Positions 48,724 through 57,808 of a stretch of DNA of 64,000 nt are shown one piece after another; the first letter of the stretch is position 1; every line of letters begins with the position of its first letter. The notes below the pieces were generated by a model. It had not been told where the DNA came from. It saw nothing but the letters and a program-made list of their open reading frames with translations, and did not search any database. This DNA comes from a virus. The translations under genes and the position numbers were made by a program. The stretch lies in IMG/VR virus record IMGVR_UViG_3300005673_000301; one strand, given 5' to 3'.

Positions 48724-49934
48724 TGCCCCTGGCGGACAACGTAGCGGCGGGTTTCCTGCGAGTCGCCGAAGAAATCAACACCCGAGCACCCCAGCCGCCG
48801 CTGCGGACACTCACACTCCCCTATTCCAACGGCGGCCCAGGCGGCAGCGTAGCCAACGACATCGCCTCTGCTACCGCAGGCAGTTACCGGTTCGTAGTGA
48901 AACTCCCAGTCACCGCCAACCGGTGGCGCATCCGCATCCGGAACCGGAACCTCGCATGGGACTCACGACCCAACGCCACACTCAAAGCGCTCATCGTCGG
49001 ACTCCACGACCGCGCCCTCACAGGGACGGGCGCCGAAACCGGTTCGTTCGCCAACAACGCCGCAACCACGATCGTCAACACGGACCAAACCATTCCCGGC
49101 GACGGAAGCTGGTACACCTCCCCATGGGTTGACACTCCCGGTGACGTGTTCGAGAAGAACGTCGAATACCTGGTCGGGATCGGCTACACGTTCGCATCGT
49201 CGGCAGCTGTAAGAACGAGTTGCGGCCGCGCCTGGCACTGGACGGACAGCACGTCAGCAACCAACCCGGCAATCGCCGGGTCCGGTGCGACCGCGCGATT
49301 CATCCCGTTCGACTGGGTCATCGAGTACGAAACAACAACCCGCAACAAGATCACGCTGGTAATCGGAGACTCGATCAGCGAAGGCATCACTGGCGGCCCC
49401 TCAGCGTTGGAACCGACCAGCCTGCACCTCGCGCCGTTTAATCAGTGGGCAGCACGAACCAACAGGTGTATCGTCAATCTTTCCATCGCAGGTATCACCC
49501 TGATGGGTATGGCAGCAACAACATCGAGTTCGGCGTTCATCTTCGAACGGCAGGGAGACTTGTCGACCATCCCGTTTGATGAAGTGATCATCTCGGGCGG
49601 CAGCAACGATATTTTCCCCGGCGGCCGGTCCGTCGCGAATCTACAAACGGACATCGACACGATCCGCAGCAAACTCGCTGGCTATGGGATCAACGCACCC
49701 GTCTATATGGCGACCATCTTGGCGCGCGGCACAACCAGCAACAGCGTCCGGTTGAACTACCACGACTGGCTCGCGTCGAGGCCGCCGTTTGTATCGGACA
49801 TCATCGACTTTGATGGGGCGCTCCGCGGTATCAGCGCGACAGCGATCATGCCGCAGTACACATCAGACAGCATCCATCCATCTCGAATGGGTTGCGCCGT
49901 GATGGCAGACAAACTGGCAACAGTTCTGCCGTAG
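48723..49934 (+). CDS. Tail protein with SGNH/GDSL hydrolase domain
   Basis: IGDSISEG, SGGSND, DSIHP. Confidence 0.8.
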   Translation: MPLADNVAAGFLRVAEEINTRAPQPPLRTLTLPYSNGGPGGSVANDIASATAGSYRFVVKLPVTANRWRIRIRNRNLAWDSRPNATLKALIVGLHDRALTGTGAETGSFANNAATTIVNTDQTIPGDGSWYTSPWVDTPGDVFEKNVEYLVGIGYTFASSAAVRTSCGRAWHWTDSTSATNPAIAGSGATARFIPFDWVIEYETTTRNKITLVIGDSISEGITGGPSALEPTSLHLAPFNQWAARTNRCIVNLSIAGITLMGMAATTSSSAFIFERQGDLSTIPFDEVIISGGSNDIFPGGRSVANLQTDIDTIRSKLAGYGINAPVYMATILARGTTSNSVRLNYHDWLASRPPFVSDIIDFDGALRGISATAIMPQYTSDSIHPSRMGCAVMADKLATVLP

Positions 49935-49944
49935 GAGGATAGAT

Positions 49945-50346
49945 ATGTCGACCCTGAACCGATTCGATATCGTTCCAAGTCCAGATTGGTCAGCTATCCC
50001 AGCTGGCGGACAGAGGCTGGTTTGGGCATGCCCTGATGGCGATATGATCGCCACCTTTTGGCATGCTCAGGCAGAGACGAATCACAGCACGAGCGGGTGG
50101 GTTCTGATCCGAACCGATGATCTGCCATTCGAAAGTGACGTGATCGGTGGGCCGCCGCCTTACCGTGGTCACGTGGCCGGGCTGGATGGAGCTGTTCCAT
50201 TCATCAACGATGCCGTGTTCCTGTGGGTCTTTGAGGTCCCGGAATACGGCCTAACAGTCGGCAATCCGCCCCCGATCGCTGTCGAGGGCGAGGCGCCAAC
50301 CTTCACCCTGTACCCTAAGAACGAAGACGTCACCCCGCCTGAGTGA
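49945..50346 (+). CDS. Hypothetical protein
   Basis: AGGAGG RBS; last gene of late operon. Confidence 0.6.
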   Translation: MSTLNRFDIVPSPDWSAIPAGGQRLVWACPDGDMIATFWHAQAETNHSTSGWVLIRTDDLPFESDVIGGPPPYRGHVAGLDGAVPFINDAVFLWVFEVPEYGLTVGNPPPIAVEGEAPTFTLYPKNEDVTPPE

Positions 50347-50363
50347 CCGCTTGCCGTAGAGAA

Positions 50364-50397
50364 CCGCCCCCAACCTTTTGTGGTTGGGGGCGGCTTT
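50364..50397. terminator. Terminator between convergent genes
   Basis: CCGCCCCCAACC/GGTTGGGGGCGG 12-bp stem. Confidence 0.65.
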
Positions 50398-50405
50398 CGC
50401 TGTAT

Positions 50406-50828
50406 CTACAAGTTTTGGTTCGGGTTGGGGTACAGGACGTCTGTCCATTGGGTGCCATCATGCCAGCGGATCACGCCTTGCGGATCGTGATACCAGCCCG
50501 CAGGCGGGCCTTGCGGAGCGGGTGCCGTTCCCGTGTCTCCCATGCGGTAGATGAGCTGGATGGTGATGTAGGCGAATGCCACAAACGCCAGCCCGGCCAG
50601 AGCCATGATGTACGCGATGCCTGGCCACTCGCTGTACAACCCGTATCCCACCACAGACAGGGTTGCGACTACAGCGATCAGCCCCTCGTTGAGGCGGCGG
50701 GTCCGCGCTTTCTGTTCTGCCGTAACCGAGATTGGTGTCCGCTTGGTTCTGGAAACGATGCCGGTACGGGAGACGTTTGCGTTCCAGTCCGGGTCGGCGT
50801 TCTTCGACTGTGGGTCTGGGATGTTCAT
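50406..50828 (-). CDS. Membrane protein with DUF2510 motif
   Basis: Two transmembrane segments; PAGWYHDPQG..RWHDGTQWT. Confidence 0.8.
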   Translation of the reverse strand: MNIPDPQSKNADPDWNANVSRTGIVSRTKRTPISVTAEQKARTRRLNEGLIAVVATLSVVGYGLYSEWPGIAYIMALAGLAFVAFAYITIQLIYRMGDTGTAPAPQGPPAGWYHDPQGVIRWHDGTQWTDVLYPNPNQNL

Positions 50829-51238
50829 CGCGTAGCCGGTGGTGTCGGGGCGGTGCTGGCAGTCCAGTTGTTTCCGTCGTGCCAGCGGGTGATGCCATGC
50901 GGGTCGACGTACCAGCCGGGCTGGATCGCAGTAATTGGCTGCGGCATCACCTGGTATGTGGGCCGTTCAGCCCCAACCTGATAGATAGCCCGAAACAGCA
51001 GGAACCCTCCTCCAAGGAGCAATGCTACGAACGCCAGGACGATGACGCCGAATAAGCCTGCTCCTTGCATGAGGTAGAAGGCAAGGGCGAATAGTAGTCC
51101 GGCGCATATGCCGACAGAGAGGTTGGCTTGCTTGCGGCGGTTCGCGATCCGCAGTTGCTCGGGGTTCGCAGTTGTTGGGCGGACTGGCCGTATGGGTGGT
51201 GTCGGCAGTGGCCGTGGAGGCGGGTAGTTGGGAGTCAC
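50825..51238 (-). CDS. Membrane protein with DUF2510 motif
   Basis: Two transmembrane segments; PGWYVDPHG..RWHDGNNWT. Confidence 0.8.
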   Translation of the reverse strand: MTPNYPPPRPLPTPPIRPVRPTTANPEQLRIANRRKQANLSVGICAGLLFALAFYLMQGAGLFGVIVLAFVALLLGGGFLLFRAIYQVGAERPTYQVMPQPITAIQPGWYVDPHGITRWHDGNNWTASTAPTPPATR

Positions 51239-51394
51239 GGTCGTTTCCTTGGTTCGTGGTTACTCACTGGATCGTCGGGTGGAGCACCGTGTTACGCCGT
51301 GATCTTCGCGAGGAACGGGTTTGGGTACATGGTATGCCGGGTCTGGGGTGGGGTTGCGTGTTTGGGTGACTGTGTGGCTAACTCCCGGTAGTAT

Positions 51395-51410
51395 TCGCAC
51401 ATGTGTTCGA
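51395..51410. promoter_or_regulatory. Putative LexA (SOS) box
   Basis: TCGCACATGTGTTCGA, one mismatch to actinobacterial TCGAAC-N4-GTTCGA; TAGTAT -10-like hexamer just upstream. Confidence 0.6.
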
Positions 51411-51781
51411 TTGACGCTGGCGGGGAGGGAGACCACACCATGCACGACACAGCCCCAGGGTCACCGCCGATCCGGATAGCGCACATCGCAGCAAACGAAC
51501 AAGAACTCCTCGCCACGATGGGCGTCACCGTCCAACCGCCGTCCGGTCGACTCATGTATTGGATCGACGCAACCTGGCAATGGTGGCGCGAAGTCGGATT
51601 CGTTGTCGTGTCGACGACGGGGATCGAGGTGTGGCCGCATTCGGGGGCGAGCGAGGCCGACATGGAGGTGCTGCGCGGGGCGGCGTGTGAAGCGTTCTGC
51701 ACGCCGCCGTCGGCCGCGGATCATTGGGTGCGTGTGGGGGCGCGGTGGGAGTGCTCGATCTGGGTGCCGGCGGATCGCTGA
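51401..51781 (+). CDS. Hypothetical protein
   Basis: ORF with start at 51401 or 51440 (GGGGAGG RBS). Confidence 0.55.
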   Translation: MCSIDAGGEGDHTMHDTAPGSPPIRIAHIAANEQELLATMGVTVQPPSGRLMYWIDATWQWWREVGFVVVSTTGIEVWPHSGASEADMEVLRGAACEAFCTPPSAADHWVRVGARWECSIWVPADR

Positions 51782-51940
51782 CATCTATCGCACTGTATCG
51801 CCTGTGTTTGAGCATTGTGGGTTCACCTCCTTCGGGTAGGTCTGTGCGGGTTCGATGCCCATGTTTGCTGGTTGTTGCCGACTGCATCGGAGATCGCTAC
51901 AGTGTAGACGTACAATACAGTAGAAGCAGATCGAGGTGGA

Positions 51941-52138
51941 ATGATGGCTGAACAGCCGCGCCCCCTGTGGGACATCAACGAGTTGGCCGACTATCTGGGG
52001 GTGTCCGTGAAAACGGTCCGCCACTGGCGGCAATCCGGTGGCGGACCGCCCGCTGCCCGGATCGGGAAGCACCTGCGTTGGCAGCCCGCGGCTGTCGAAG
52101 CGTGGGTTGCTGCCGCTCACCAGTCCGAGGCGGCGTAG
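51941..52138 (+). CDS. xis: Excisionase/AlpA-MerR-like HTH protein
   Basis: ELADYLGVSVKTVRHWR..GGGPP..RIGKHLRW; directly upstream of integrase. Confidence 0.85.
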   Translation: MMAEQPRPLWDINELADYLGVSVKTVRHWRQSGGGPPAARIGKHLRWQPAAVEAWVAAAHQSEAA

Positions 52139-52140
52139 TC

Positions 52141-53445
52141 GTGTCGCATATCGAGGACCTGTGGTTCAAAGAAGTCCCCGACCCCGACCGGCCAGGGAAG
52201 ACGATGCGTGTCCCGAAACCCGATCACGGGAAAGGGATGCGGTACAAGGTGCGGTGGACGCCACCCGGGGAGAAGGAGAAGTCGAAGTCGTTCCCCGATA
52301 AGCAGAAGTCTGCGGCGTCGGCGTTCAAAACCAGTATCGACAATTCGATGTTGGAGCGCCGCTATGTGGACCCGAAGATCGGGAAGACCCCGTTCAAGAC
52401 GGTCGCCTATGAGTGGTTGAAGGGGACGTCACCGGACCCGCAGTCTCGGCACACGTATACGCGGCAGATGGAGTTGCATCTGTTCCCGTTCTTCGAGGGC
52501 ATGTCGATCGAGCGTGCCGCGTCAGCAAGCGCGGTCCGGGATTGGGGGGAATGGTTGGGTGGTCGTGGTCTCGAGGTCGGATATCACGTGGTGCTGTATC
52601 AGCAGGTGTCGAGCATTTTGCGGTTCGCGGTGTCGGCACGGTATGTGTCGGAGAATCCGTTCGAGGCACGCGCGGTGAATCGTCCGAAGGTGCCCCGGAA
52701 GCTGGTGGTGCCGTGGGATCGGGAGAAGGTGGATGCGATTTATGCAGCGCTGCCGGACCGCTACAAGATCGTGATCCCGCTCGGTATCGGGCTGGGTTTA
52801 CGGCAGGGTGAGATTCTCGGTTTGGATGTGGTGGCGGATTTGAATCGCCGCGACCGCGTGTTGCATGTGCGGCGGCAGTTGAGACGGTTGCCGTCGCAGG
52901 AGTTGGTGTTCCGGTTGCCGAAGGGCAACAAGACGCGGCGGGTGCCTGTGTCGGATTGGGTGTTGAAGCAGATCGACGCCCATGTTGAGCGGTTTCCTGC
53001 GCAGGCGGTGGCGTTGCCGTGGCGTGTTCCTTCGGGGCGGGTGGAGGTGGTGGATGTGTTGGTGTCTCGCCCGGATCGGAAGTATTGGTATGGGGAGTTG
53101 TTCAATGCGACGGTGTGGAAGGGTGCGTTCCGGGAGGCGGGGTTGGTTCGGCGGCCTCGGGAGGATGGGATGCATCAGTTGCGGCATTTCTATGCGTCGA
53201 CTCAGTTGGCGGGTGGGGTGTCGGTGCGGGAGTTGGCGGACTATCTGGGGCATGCCGATGCTTCGTTGACGTTGAACACCTACACTCACTTGATCCCGTC
53301 GTCGCATGGCCGGTCGAGGTTGGCTGTGGATGAGGCGTTCGCTGATTTCGATCCGGATACGGCCCAGGGGCGGCCTGACGGTTCGGGTGATGGCGCGGCG
53401 GATGAGGCGGCGGGGGGTGTCGGGATCGTGGATTTGGACGAGTGA
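52141..53445 (+). CDS. int: Tyrosine integrase
   Basis: GLRQGEILGL, PKGNKTR, HQLRHFYAS, LGHAD, TYTH. Confidence 0.95.
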   Translation: MSHIEDLWFKEVPDPDRPGKTMRVPKPDHGKGMRYKVRWTPPGEKEKSKSFPDKQKSAASAFKTSIDNSMLERRYVDPKIGKTPFKTVAYEWLKGTSPDPQSRHTYTRQMELHLFPFFEGMSIERAASASAVRDWGEWLGGRGLEVGYHVVLYQQVSSILRFAVSARYVSENPFEARAVNRPKVPRKLVVPWDREKVDAIYAALPDRYKIVIPLGIGLGLRQGEILGLDVVADLNRRDRVLHVRRQLRRLPSQELVFRLPKGNKTRRVPVSDWVLKQIDAHVERFPAQAVALPWRVPSGRVEVVDVLVSRPDRKYWYGELFNATVWKGAFREAGLVRRPREDGMHQLRHFYASTQLAGGVSVRELADYLGHADASLTLNTYTHLIPSSHGRSRLAVDEAFADFDPDTAQGRPDGSGDGAADEAAGGVGIVDLDE

Positions 53446-53662
53446 GGCCGTTGACCTGCATGTTTGGGGTGTGAGTGTGTGGGTTGGTGGCGTGAGATGG
53501 GTAGGGTAGCGGTATGGCTGAGTTCATTTATCAGATGAATTTGGCCATAAAGTCCCAGGTCGCTTGTTGGTGACCTTTTCCGGCGACCTGGGATTTTCCT
53601 ACCTAGTGTTACCGATTGATACCTACCGGAACCGGCCCTGTGACGGCCTGGACACGGCCCCT
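53359..53662. other. Putative attP: core about 53514-53539 with flanking arm-type repeats
   Basis: AT-rich core ATGGCTGAGTTCATTTATCAGATGAA; CGGCCY repeats at 11-bp spacing on both sides. Confidence 0.65.
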
Positions 53663-54080
53663 CGGGGCTACCATACCCCCCTACCGTATGATCGGACTGG
53701 CTGTTGCCCCCAGAACTGGGGGCGGTGCCAGCAGGCAATGCAGCAAACCCGAAATGGGACCAAAGACCCTTGCGGGGCAACACAACCCGTACCAACCGGT
53801 AACCGCAGGCACAAGCAAGAATCAGCCCAGGATTTAGCCGCAAAAACCTAGGACAAAAGCCGACAATCCGCTACAGTCTTCAATTAGAGCGCCGCCCCGC
53901 GACAACCGAGCAAACCCCGGCCAGGCAGCGGCAAACCCAATTAGGGAACCCCAGCGCGTAACACAACACCCGCCACACCGATAGGTAAACGGGGACATAC
54001 GAGCCGCGCCGAACGGACAATCGGCAAACTGCCTACCAAAGCCTGGAGGCAGCTCGGGACCTCAGCGCACAAGGAAGCCA

Positions 54081-54536
54081 ATGCCAACCACACATGCCCG
54101 ATTCGATTGCGAGCACACCACCGAGAAAACTCTCTCGGACCTCAAATCACTCGGCATACACATGAGAGACGCCATCCACAACAACATGTACTGGGGCGAC
54201 GAAACCGGGCGACTCTGGCGCGAAATCGGCCGCATCACCGTCGCAGTCAAAACCGGGCTCATCGAACTCTGGCCCTACAACCCCATCGCCGACACCGGAA
54301 TGAAACTCCTCCGCGGCGCAGGAATCGAAGCCTGGCGAAACCCACCCACCCGCGAAACGCACTGGACGCAACAAAAGACCGCCCGCGGCCGAATCTGGGA
54401 ATGCATCATCAGCGCCGACGTCGCCGACCTCGCAGACACGAACCTCGGCGACCACATTGACCTCATCCGGGCCGCCGAAGACCGGGCCACAATGGTCACC
54501 CGCAAATTCCTCGACGACTACGACACCGCCGCCTGA
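54081..54536 (+). CDS. Hypothetical protein
   Basis: AAGGA RBS; followed by a terminator. Confidence 0.65.
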   Translation: MPTTHARFDCEHTTEKTLSDLKSLGIHMRDAIHNNMYWGDETGRLWREIGRITVAVKTGLIELWPYNPIADTGMKLLRGAGIEAWRNPPTRETHWTQQKTARGRIWECIISADVADLADTNLGDHIDLIRAAEDRATMVTRKFLDDYDTAA

Positions 54537-54543
54537 AAACAAT

Positions 54544-54579
54544 AATCGCCCCGCAGGAAACCATTCCTGCGGGGCGATT
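54544..54579. terminator. Bidirectional terminator
   Basis: 16-bp inverted repeat AATCGCCCCGCAGGAA/TTCCTGCGGGGCGATT between convergent genes. Confidence 0.7.
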
Positions 54580-54594
54580 CTTTGCGTTCTGCGA

Positions 54595-55065
54595 CTACCG
54601 CTCCACTCTCGGGGACGCCTTACGCGAAATCGATGTCACCTTCCCCTCAGGCTCACCCTCCAACTCCGCAACCTTCTTCTCCATATCCTCATACCGACGT
54701 TGAATCTCCATGAGCAGCGACGCGAACGTTGCATCCGAGAGCCCCAGCTTCAAACCCCCTTCCGGCACTCTCAGTTCTTCGGGTGTCGCCACGCCTGCCC
54801 GAACGAACGCTTCAGGGATGGGCCGGTTGTATGCTTTCGCCACGGCCCGCGCGGTCCTGGCCGGTATCTCGGACGGGTGGCGTGTTCGCCAGCTCGACAG
54901 CGTGTTCGCGTTCAAACCGGTCTTGGCTGCGAAATCGTTGCCGTTGTCGCCAACGACACCCATGAGGCTCTCGACGTAGTGCAGCCAGTCGTAGACGTTA
55001 AATTTGGGCGCGTCGGGATCAACGGATTTATGGCGGCTCACGGGGACCCTTCCTGTGTTGGCCAC
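54595..55065 (-). CDS. Immunity repressor (HTH)
   Basis: FAAKTGLNANTLSSWR HTH; EAFVRAG; divergent from cro-like gene. Confidence 0.75.
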   Translation of the reverse strand: MANTGRVPVSRHKSVDPDAPKFNVYDWLHYVESLMGVVGDNGNDFAAKTGLNANTLSSWRTRHPSEIPARTARAVAKAYNRPIPEAFVRAGVATPEELRVPEGGLKLGLSDATFASLLMEIQRRYEDMEKKVAELEGEPEGKVTSISRKASPRVER

Positions 55066-55228
55066 ATGTCGGTTGGTGGCACGGACTTACTCGATAGTAG
55101 ATGTCATTACACTGTATGTGAAGACATCCACTGTAGGTTGCGTATGCCTCACCCCCATCCAGCCCTGATATAACCGCAGGTAGAGGGATATTCGTCGGGT
55201 CATCCTGCGACATCCACCATGCATTGCG

Positions 55229-55257
55229 TTGACGCACCGATGCCCTGTAGATACACT
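55229..55257 (+). promoter_or_regulatory. SigA-type early lytic promoter
   Basis: TTGACG-N17-TACACT upstream of cro. Confidence 0.7.
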
Positions 55258-55305
55258 ACAATCAGAACATTCACTACAGTCAGAACAGAGCAAGAGGCCC
55301 GCCCA

Positions 55306-55509
55306 ATGAACCTCAACAAACCCCTATTCATGCAGCTCATGCACACCAACGGCCACACCAGCCAAGCCGCCATCGCACGCGCACTCGGCGTCGACCCCGC
55401 CACCATCTCCCGCACCCTCCGCGGCGAAACCACCGTCGGCACCCGATTCATCGCAGCCTTCCGACGCGCCTTCCCCAACGAACCCAGCGACAACTACTTC
55501 ACCACCTAA
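55306..55509 (+). CDS. Cro-like HTH protein
   Basis: SQAAIARALGVDPATISRTLRG. Confidence 0.8.
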   Translation: MNLNKPLFMQLMHTNGHTSQAAIARALGVDPATISRTLRGETTVGTRFIAAFRRAFPNEPSDNYFTT

Positions 55510-55579
55510 AAAAGGCCCGCCCCCCACTGGCACTGGGAGACGGGCAGAACATCCCACCCCAAACAAAGGAAACAGTGGC

Positions 55580-55729
55580 ATGTCCACCAACAACACTACC
55601 CGACACACCCTCCGCAACCTCCTCGAACACGCCCTCGCCGCACTCTCCGTCATCACATTCGGAGCACTCCTCGGCAGCCTCGCATGGCTCCTCGACTGGA
55701 GCGGAACCGTCTGGAGCGCAGGATGGTGA
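55580..55729 (+). CDS. Small membrane protein (49 aa)
   Basis: AAGGA RBS; single hydrophobic helix; read manually. Confidence 0.5.
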   Translation: MSTNNTTRHTLRNLLEHALAALSVITFGALLGSLAWLLDWSGTVWSAGW

Positions 55730-56715
55730 ACCCAACCCTGTACCGCGAACTCCCGCACACCGAACCCGGCAGCACCGAATGGCTCGAAGCGCGCCTCGCC
55801 GGCATCGGCTCCTCCGAAGTATCCGCGCTCCTCGGCCTTGTCGACTGGGACTCACCATGGTCGATCTGGCTGCGCAAAACCCGGCGCGCTCCCGCCGACT
55901 CCGGCGTCGACACCGAAGCCATGTTCTGGGGGCGGAAACTCGAACCCGCCATCCGTGAAGTCGTGTGCGAACGCCTCAACCTCACCGCCACCCTGCCCGG
56001 AACCGTGCAGTCCCTCGAACGCCCCCACATGCTGTACAGCCCCGACGGATTCCTGTCCGACAGCGGCCTCCTCGAAACGAAGAACACCGCATGGTTCATG
56101 GCAGGCAAATGGGACGGGCAGATCCCCGACCACGCCGAAGTCCAGGTCCACCACGGCATGTACGTCACCGGCGCCACCCACGCTTATGTTGCCGGGTTGA
56201 TCGGCGGAAACCGGCTCGAGACCGTCCGTGTCGAACGCAACGAACGGTTGATCGAACTCCTGGTGTCGGCGTGCGACCGGTTCTGGCATGACCATGTCGT
56301 CCCCGACGTGGAACCACCAATCGGCGGCACCACGGCTGACCGCGACAACGTCGACCGCCTGCACCCATTCATTGGAGGCGACCTGCACGTCACACGGCAG
56401 CAGATCAGCCGCCTCCACAGCGACTACCGGGCAGCGCAGGACGCCGAAAAGGCCGCGAAACGGCGGAAAGACGCTGCCGGGAACGCGATCCGCAAGCTCA
56501 TGGCCGGGCATTCCCGACTCCTCGTCGGGGACACCGAATGGGTGCGGTTGAAGGGCAGCCAATTCCAGTCGCGGGTATTCCGTGAAGCCGAGCCAGAACT
56601 GTACGAGCAGTACTCGACGCGGGCCGCGCTCGACACGACCGCTCTCCGCGACGACCACCCCGACATTTACGCCAAGTACCAAGCCAAATCCCTTGACCTG
56701 AAAGAGGTGGCCTGA
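55723..56715 (+). CDS. recE: RecE/YqaJ-like exonuclease
   Basis: WLEARLAGIGSSEV, WGRKLEP, SPDG, LETK, QVHHGM. Confidence 0.9.
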   Translation: MVNPTLYRELPHTEPGSTEWLEARLAGIGSSEVSALLGLVDWDSPWSIWLRKTRRAPADSGVDTEAMFWGRKLEPAIREVVCERLNLTATLPGTVQSLERPHMLYSPDGFLSDSGLLETKNTAWFMAGKWDGQIPDHAEVQVHHGMYVTGATHAYVAGLIGGNRLETVRVERNERLIELLVSACDRFWHDHVVPDVEPPIGGTTADRDNVDRLHPFIGGDLHVTRQQISRLHSDYRAAQDAEKAAKRRKDAAGNAIRKLMAGHSRLLVGDTEWVRLKGSQFQSRVFREAEPELYEQYSTRAALDTTALRDDHPDIYAKYQAKSLDLKEVA

Positions 56716-57593
56716 TGGCCCGCAACCTTACCGACCGCATCGAAGCGCAGGCGAATACTCCTGTCCGCCAGGACAGTGACCTGAAATCGTCCATCCAGAA
56801 GATGGAAAAGGCGTTTGCGTTGGCCATGCCACGCGGGGCGGAAGCAACGCAGCTGATCCGAGATGCATTCACAACCATCCAGCGCACACCGAAATTGGCG
56901 AACTGCGAGCAGATGAGTGTACTCGGAGCATTCATGACGTGCGCCCAACTCGGCCTTCGGCCAGGTGTGCTCGGCCAAGCGTACGTACTGCCCTTCTGGG
57001 ACAAGAAGGATCGCATGTACAAGGCGCAGTTCGTCGCCGGGTATCGCGGCCTGGTCGACCTCGCTTATCGTTCGGATCGGGTGCTGTCGATCGGTGCTCG
57101 CATCGTGCACGCCAACGACTACTTCGAGATCGAGTACAACGCGATCGAGGACCGCCTCGTGCACCGCCCGTTCCTTGACGGGGAACGCGGCGAAGCCCGC
57201 CTGTACTACGCGACAGGTCGCACCCGTGGGGGCGGCTCCGCGATCACAGACCCGGTCACCGTCGCCGACATGCTCAAATACCGCAACAAGTACGCGACCG
57301 CGAAGAACAAGGACGGCGAGGTCTTCGGGCCGTGGGTTACCGAGTTCGACGGTATGGCAAAGAAGACCATGATTCGTCAACTTTCCAAGATGCTGCCCAT
57401 GTCGACTGAGCTGCAGCTCGCTATCGACAACGACGGCGCAGTCCGGTTCGACCTCGGCAAAGACGCGATCGAGACTCCTCAGATTGTCGACCCCGACGTG
57501 ATCGATACCGAACCCGTCGACACAGAGGTCACCGACGCGCCCGCCGACTACTACAACGAGACGCCGACCGACCTCCTCAACCAGGACCAGTAG
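56715..57593 (+). CDS. recT: RecT recombinase
   Basis: AQLGLRPG.LGQAYVLPF, GYRGLVDLAYRS, MAKKTMIRQL.K.LP.S. Confidence 0.93.
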   Translation: MARNLTDRIEAQANTPVRQDSDLKSSIQKMEKAFALAMPRGAEATQLIRDAFTTIQRTPKLANCEQMSVLGAFMTCAQLGLRPGVLGQAYVLPFWDKKDRMYKAQFVAGYRGLVDLAYRSDRVLSIGARIVHANDYFEIEYNAIEDRLVHRPFLDGERGEARLYYATGRTRGGGSAITDPVTVADMLKYRNKYATAKNKDGEVFGPWVTEFDGMAKKTMIRQLSKMLPMSTELQLAIDNDGAVRFDLGKDAIETPQIVDPDVIDTEPVDTEVTDAPADYYNETPTDLLNQDQ

Positions 57594-57595
57594 CC

Positions 57596-57808
57596 GTGCC
57601 GCCGATAGACGACGGAGCCTGGGTTGCCTACCCGTACGCGGGTGGGCAACCCGGCACCGGGGGAGACGCCTACGGAGTCATGTTCTTCGGGAACACCGAG
57701 AACGCTGAACTCCTCGCACTCCGATACGCGAACACACACGACGGATACCGGGCCGTGTACATCGTGGCCGGTGAATCGATCCTCGATGCGGAGACCCACC
57801 GTGACTGA
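57596..57808 (+). CDS. Hypothetical protein
   Basis: ELLALRYA motif; in operon. Confidence 0.55.
   Translation: MPPIDDGAWVAYPYAGGQPGTGGDAYGVMFFGNTENAELLALRYANTHDGYRAVYIVAGESILDAETHRD

Noticed and set aside
53514..53545. dif/Xer site
   Set aside because: No recognisable XerD arm; better explained as an integrase core resembling a gene start.
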